This document shows positions 41,946 through 42,755 of a stretch of DNA of 42,755 bases, in pieces. The notes below the pieces were generated by a model that was not told where the DNA came from, did not search any database, and saw nothing but the letters and a program-made list of their open reading frames with translations. The DNA comes from a virus. Each line of letters begins with the position of its first letter. Positions within the stretch are counted from its first letter, which is position 1. The position numbers and the translations under genes were made by a program. The stretch lies in IMG/VR virus record IMGVR_UViG_3300045970_000415, positions 1 through 42,755 of that record. One strand, 5' to 3'.

Positions 41946-42755
41946 GATTCGCCTCTTTCCAATCGTGTTCCAAGCTCTTCAACGCCTCGCCATCCAACAG
42001 ACCAGTAGGCGGCAGTGTGTCACCATCAACGATCTCAAAAGCATCTTCCCGTTTCTGTGGAGTTGAAAAAACCTCATTGAATGTGCCCGTGCCGTTCGCC
42101 GTTGGACGCACTGGCATTGCCGCCAGTGCCTTGATCGCCTGTTCGCGCCGCGTCACTTCTGATTGTTCCTGCGGCGAGGATATTTGCGGCATAGTATTCG
42201 TTGTCAGATCCAAAACAGGACCAGCCAATAACGAAGGCTTCGTCACGGTCTTATTGTCAAATACAAATACCTGCACCGTTCCATCCTCATCACGGATCTC
42301 ACGAATGCGGCTCTGGTTATAGGCGTACAAGCCCGCCACCGCCGCCAGAAACAACGCAATGATCGTCGGGATCAGCCACTGGATCACATTCGTATCCCGC
42401 GCCTGTTTCAAAGTCAGCGCAGACCGTTCCACTTCTTGCGTAGAGATCACGATCTGGTTATCTACAGCTATTTGAGTCAACGTCGCATGTGGCGGAATGG
42501 CAGTCAGCGTCATTGAAGTAAATGTGGCAGTCGCCAAACTATCAGATGTGGACTGCGCATCAATGCGCGCTTGTTTCGCGTTCGCATCATCCCGAGCCTG
42601 TGTAGCCTGCATTGCCAGAGATGCCTGTGTCGCCTGCGCGTCCATATCCATGCGCGCCTGTGTTGCCCGTGCTTCTATATCCATTCTGGATTGCGTCGCC
42701 TGTGCATCTGCACGCTTTTGTTCAGATGTTGCCGCCGCATCCACGCGCGCCTGTT
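41935..42755 (-). CDS. C-terminal part of the bitopic lipoprotein (the CDS begins at 362 across the circular junction)
   Basis: Q/A/T/D-rich ~11-aa repeats (ATQSRMDIEARATQARMDMDAQATQASLAMQATQARDD), a TM helix VIQWLIPTIIALFLAAVAGLYAY, and a ~130-aa C-terminal domain. It overlaps the FtsK-like start by 11 nt. Confidence 0.75.
   Translation of the reverse strand, partial: QARVDAAATSEQKRADAQATQSRMDIEARATQARMDMDAQATQASLAMQATQARDDANAKQARIDAQSTSDSLATATFTSMTLTAIPPHATLTQIAVDNQIVISTQEVERSALTLKQARDTNVIQWLIPTIIALFLAAVAGLYAYNQSRIREIRDEDGTVQVFVFDNKTVTKPSLLAGPVLDLTTNTMPQISSPQEQSEVTRREQAIKALAAMPVRPTANGTGTFNEVFSTPQKREDAFEIVDGDTLPPTGLLDGEALKSLEHDWKEANHDK
42629..42755. repeat. Terminal direct repeat, copy 2 (identical to 1-127)
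   Basis: Direct comparison of the window ends. Confidence 0.9.

Larger units (their letters stand above)
1..42755. mobile_element. Complete temperate tailed-phage genome (siphovirus-like morphogenesis module), circularly closed with a 127-bp end overlap
   Basis: Full set of terminase, portal, capsid, tail, tape-measure and fibre genes, plus a repressor/Cro switch, two recombinases, a replication module and identical window ends. Confidence 0.85.

Noticed and set aside
1-42755. Diversity-generating retroelement acting on the fibre or repeat protein; tRNA genes; toxin-antitoxin or CBASS-like defence operons
   Set aside because: No reverse-transcriptase-like ORF or template/variable repeat pair was seen. 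The few non-coding gaps (1551-1872, 4897-5123, 34987-35231, 37112-37266, 40588-40739) showed no cloverleaf-like tRNA features by eye. No cyclase/effector gene pairs were recognised.

Overview
The window is an essentially complete, circularly closed genome of a temperate siphovirus-like tailed phage, possibly a phage-plasmid. Bases 1-127 are identical to 42629-42755, so the unique circle is 42,628 bp, and a minus-strand ORF reads straight through the junction. One divergent control region (about 7548-7675) has overlapping face-to-face promoters and 3-4 copies of a TTTTGGT(C/T)A operator-like motif. It separates two arms. (a) A short plus-strand lysogeny arm (7664-10834) carries an XRE-type repressor, small ORFs, a PD-(D/E)xK nuclease-like gene and a large serine recombinase. 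(b) One very long minus-strand series runs leftward from 7547, across the window junction, and back to 10851. In order it contains a Cro-like HTH, a terminator, an Xis-like protein, a tyrosine recombinase, and a DnaG-type primase fused to a P-loop NTPase. Next come an iteron array (candidate origin), membrane proteins, a bitopic lipoprotein with an FtsK-like ATPase, and parC-like repeats with ParM-like actin and a small ParR-like protein. These are followed by DUF4326, a minimal Pol-X-like nucleotidyltransferase, and an operator-controlled promoter driving a TerS paralogue and a ParB-domain DNA methyltransferase. The late operon starts with a near-consensus promoter and a short terminated leader, then a holin-like gene, a standalone HD-GYP phosphodiesterase and a TM/coiled-coil protein. 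It continues with TerS, TerL, portal, MuF-like protein, scaffold, major capsid, connectors and major tail. After these come the tail chaperone pair (with a canonical -1 frameshift site), tape measure, tail and fibre genes. It ends in a five-gene glycosylation cassette wrapped around a 767-aa mucin-like Ser/Pro/Ala repeat protein. Genes are tightly packed, with many TAATG/ATGA stop-start overlaps. I saw no tRNA, rRNA, CRISPR array or reverse transcriptase. The most unusual candidate system is the late-operon cassette: methyltransferase, GT-B, GT-A, mucin-like repeat protein, GT-A. Its two GT-A enzymes carry the DxH and Gal/GalNAc-T-like motifs of polypeptide GalNAc-transferases. All functional calls come from motif recognition in the supplied translations, with no database search, so they are hypotheses to be confirmed by HMM or structure searches.
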